From positions 328,600,001-328,664,000 of the forward strand of contig OZ024741.1 of NCBI GenBank assembly GCA_964016885.1: a DNA stretch of 64,000 nucleotides, written 5' to 3'. A program made the translations under genes and the position numbers. Shown here piece after piece: positions 63,950-64,000 of the stretch. Within the stretch, counting starts at the first letter, position 1. Each line of letters starts with the position of its first letter. The notes under the pieces were generated by a model. It saw only the letters and a list, made by a program, of their open reading frames with translations. It searched no databases and was not told where the DNA came from. The stretch comes from Eledone cirrhosa. Its lineage: Eukaryota.

Positions 63950-64000
63950 CTGATGAAAACACAAATATTATTGCATGATGATGTTTGTTTTTGAAATGCG
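63950..64000 (+). ncRNA. Possible hammerhead motif cut by the window edge
   Basis: CTGATGA, long stem II (CAAATAT/ATGTTTG), GAAATGCG; cleavage site and stem I partner lie outside the window. Confidence 0.45.

Overview
AT-rich, microsatellite-rich animal genomic DNA made almost entirely of transposable elements. The SINE types and (TA)n/(TAA)n/(CA)n content suggest a cephalopod (Octopus-like) genome; this is inference. I found no host protein-coding or structural RNA gene. Contents: (i) seven R4/Dong-type (RT + restriction-like endonuclease) non-LTR retrotransposon copies of two families (D1, D2), plus one orphan Dong-type leader; (ii) four long L1/Tx1-type (APE-RT) segments and one 3' stub, with two different ORF1/5'UTR types (A, B) on a shared ORF2; (iii) four Penelope-like elements (two Neptune-like, two Naiad-like, one of them a 2.5-kb palindrome) and about ten hammerhead-ribozyme motifs; (iv) tRNA-derived SINEs, a non-autonomous Helitron and small foldback/MITE elements. 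Tx1, Dong and the SINEs are stacked in (TAA)n/(TTA)n tracts with opposite strand polarity; PLEs sit in (TA)n. The main candidate novelties are two. A conserved 52-53-nt GT-AG mini-intron in all Tx1 copies would remove the ORF1 stop and ORF2 ATG and fuse ORF1 to ORF2 in frame. A 5' leader module carrying a splice donor appears to be shared between the unrelated Tx1 and Dong elements. All alignments and RNA pairings were done by eye; no searches or folding programs were run.
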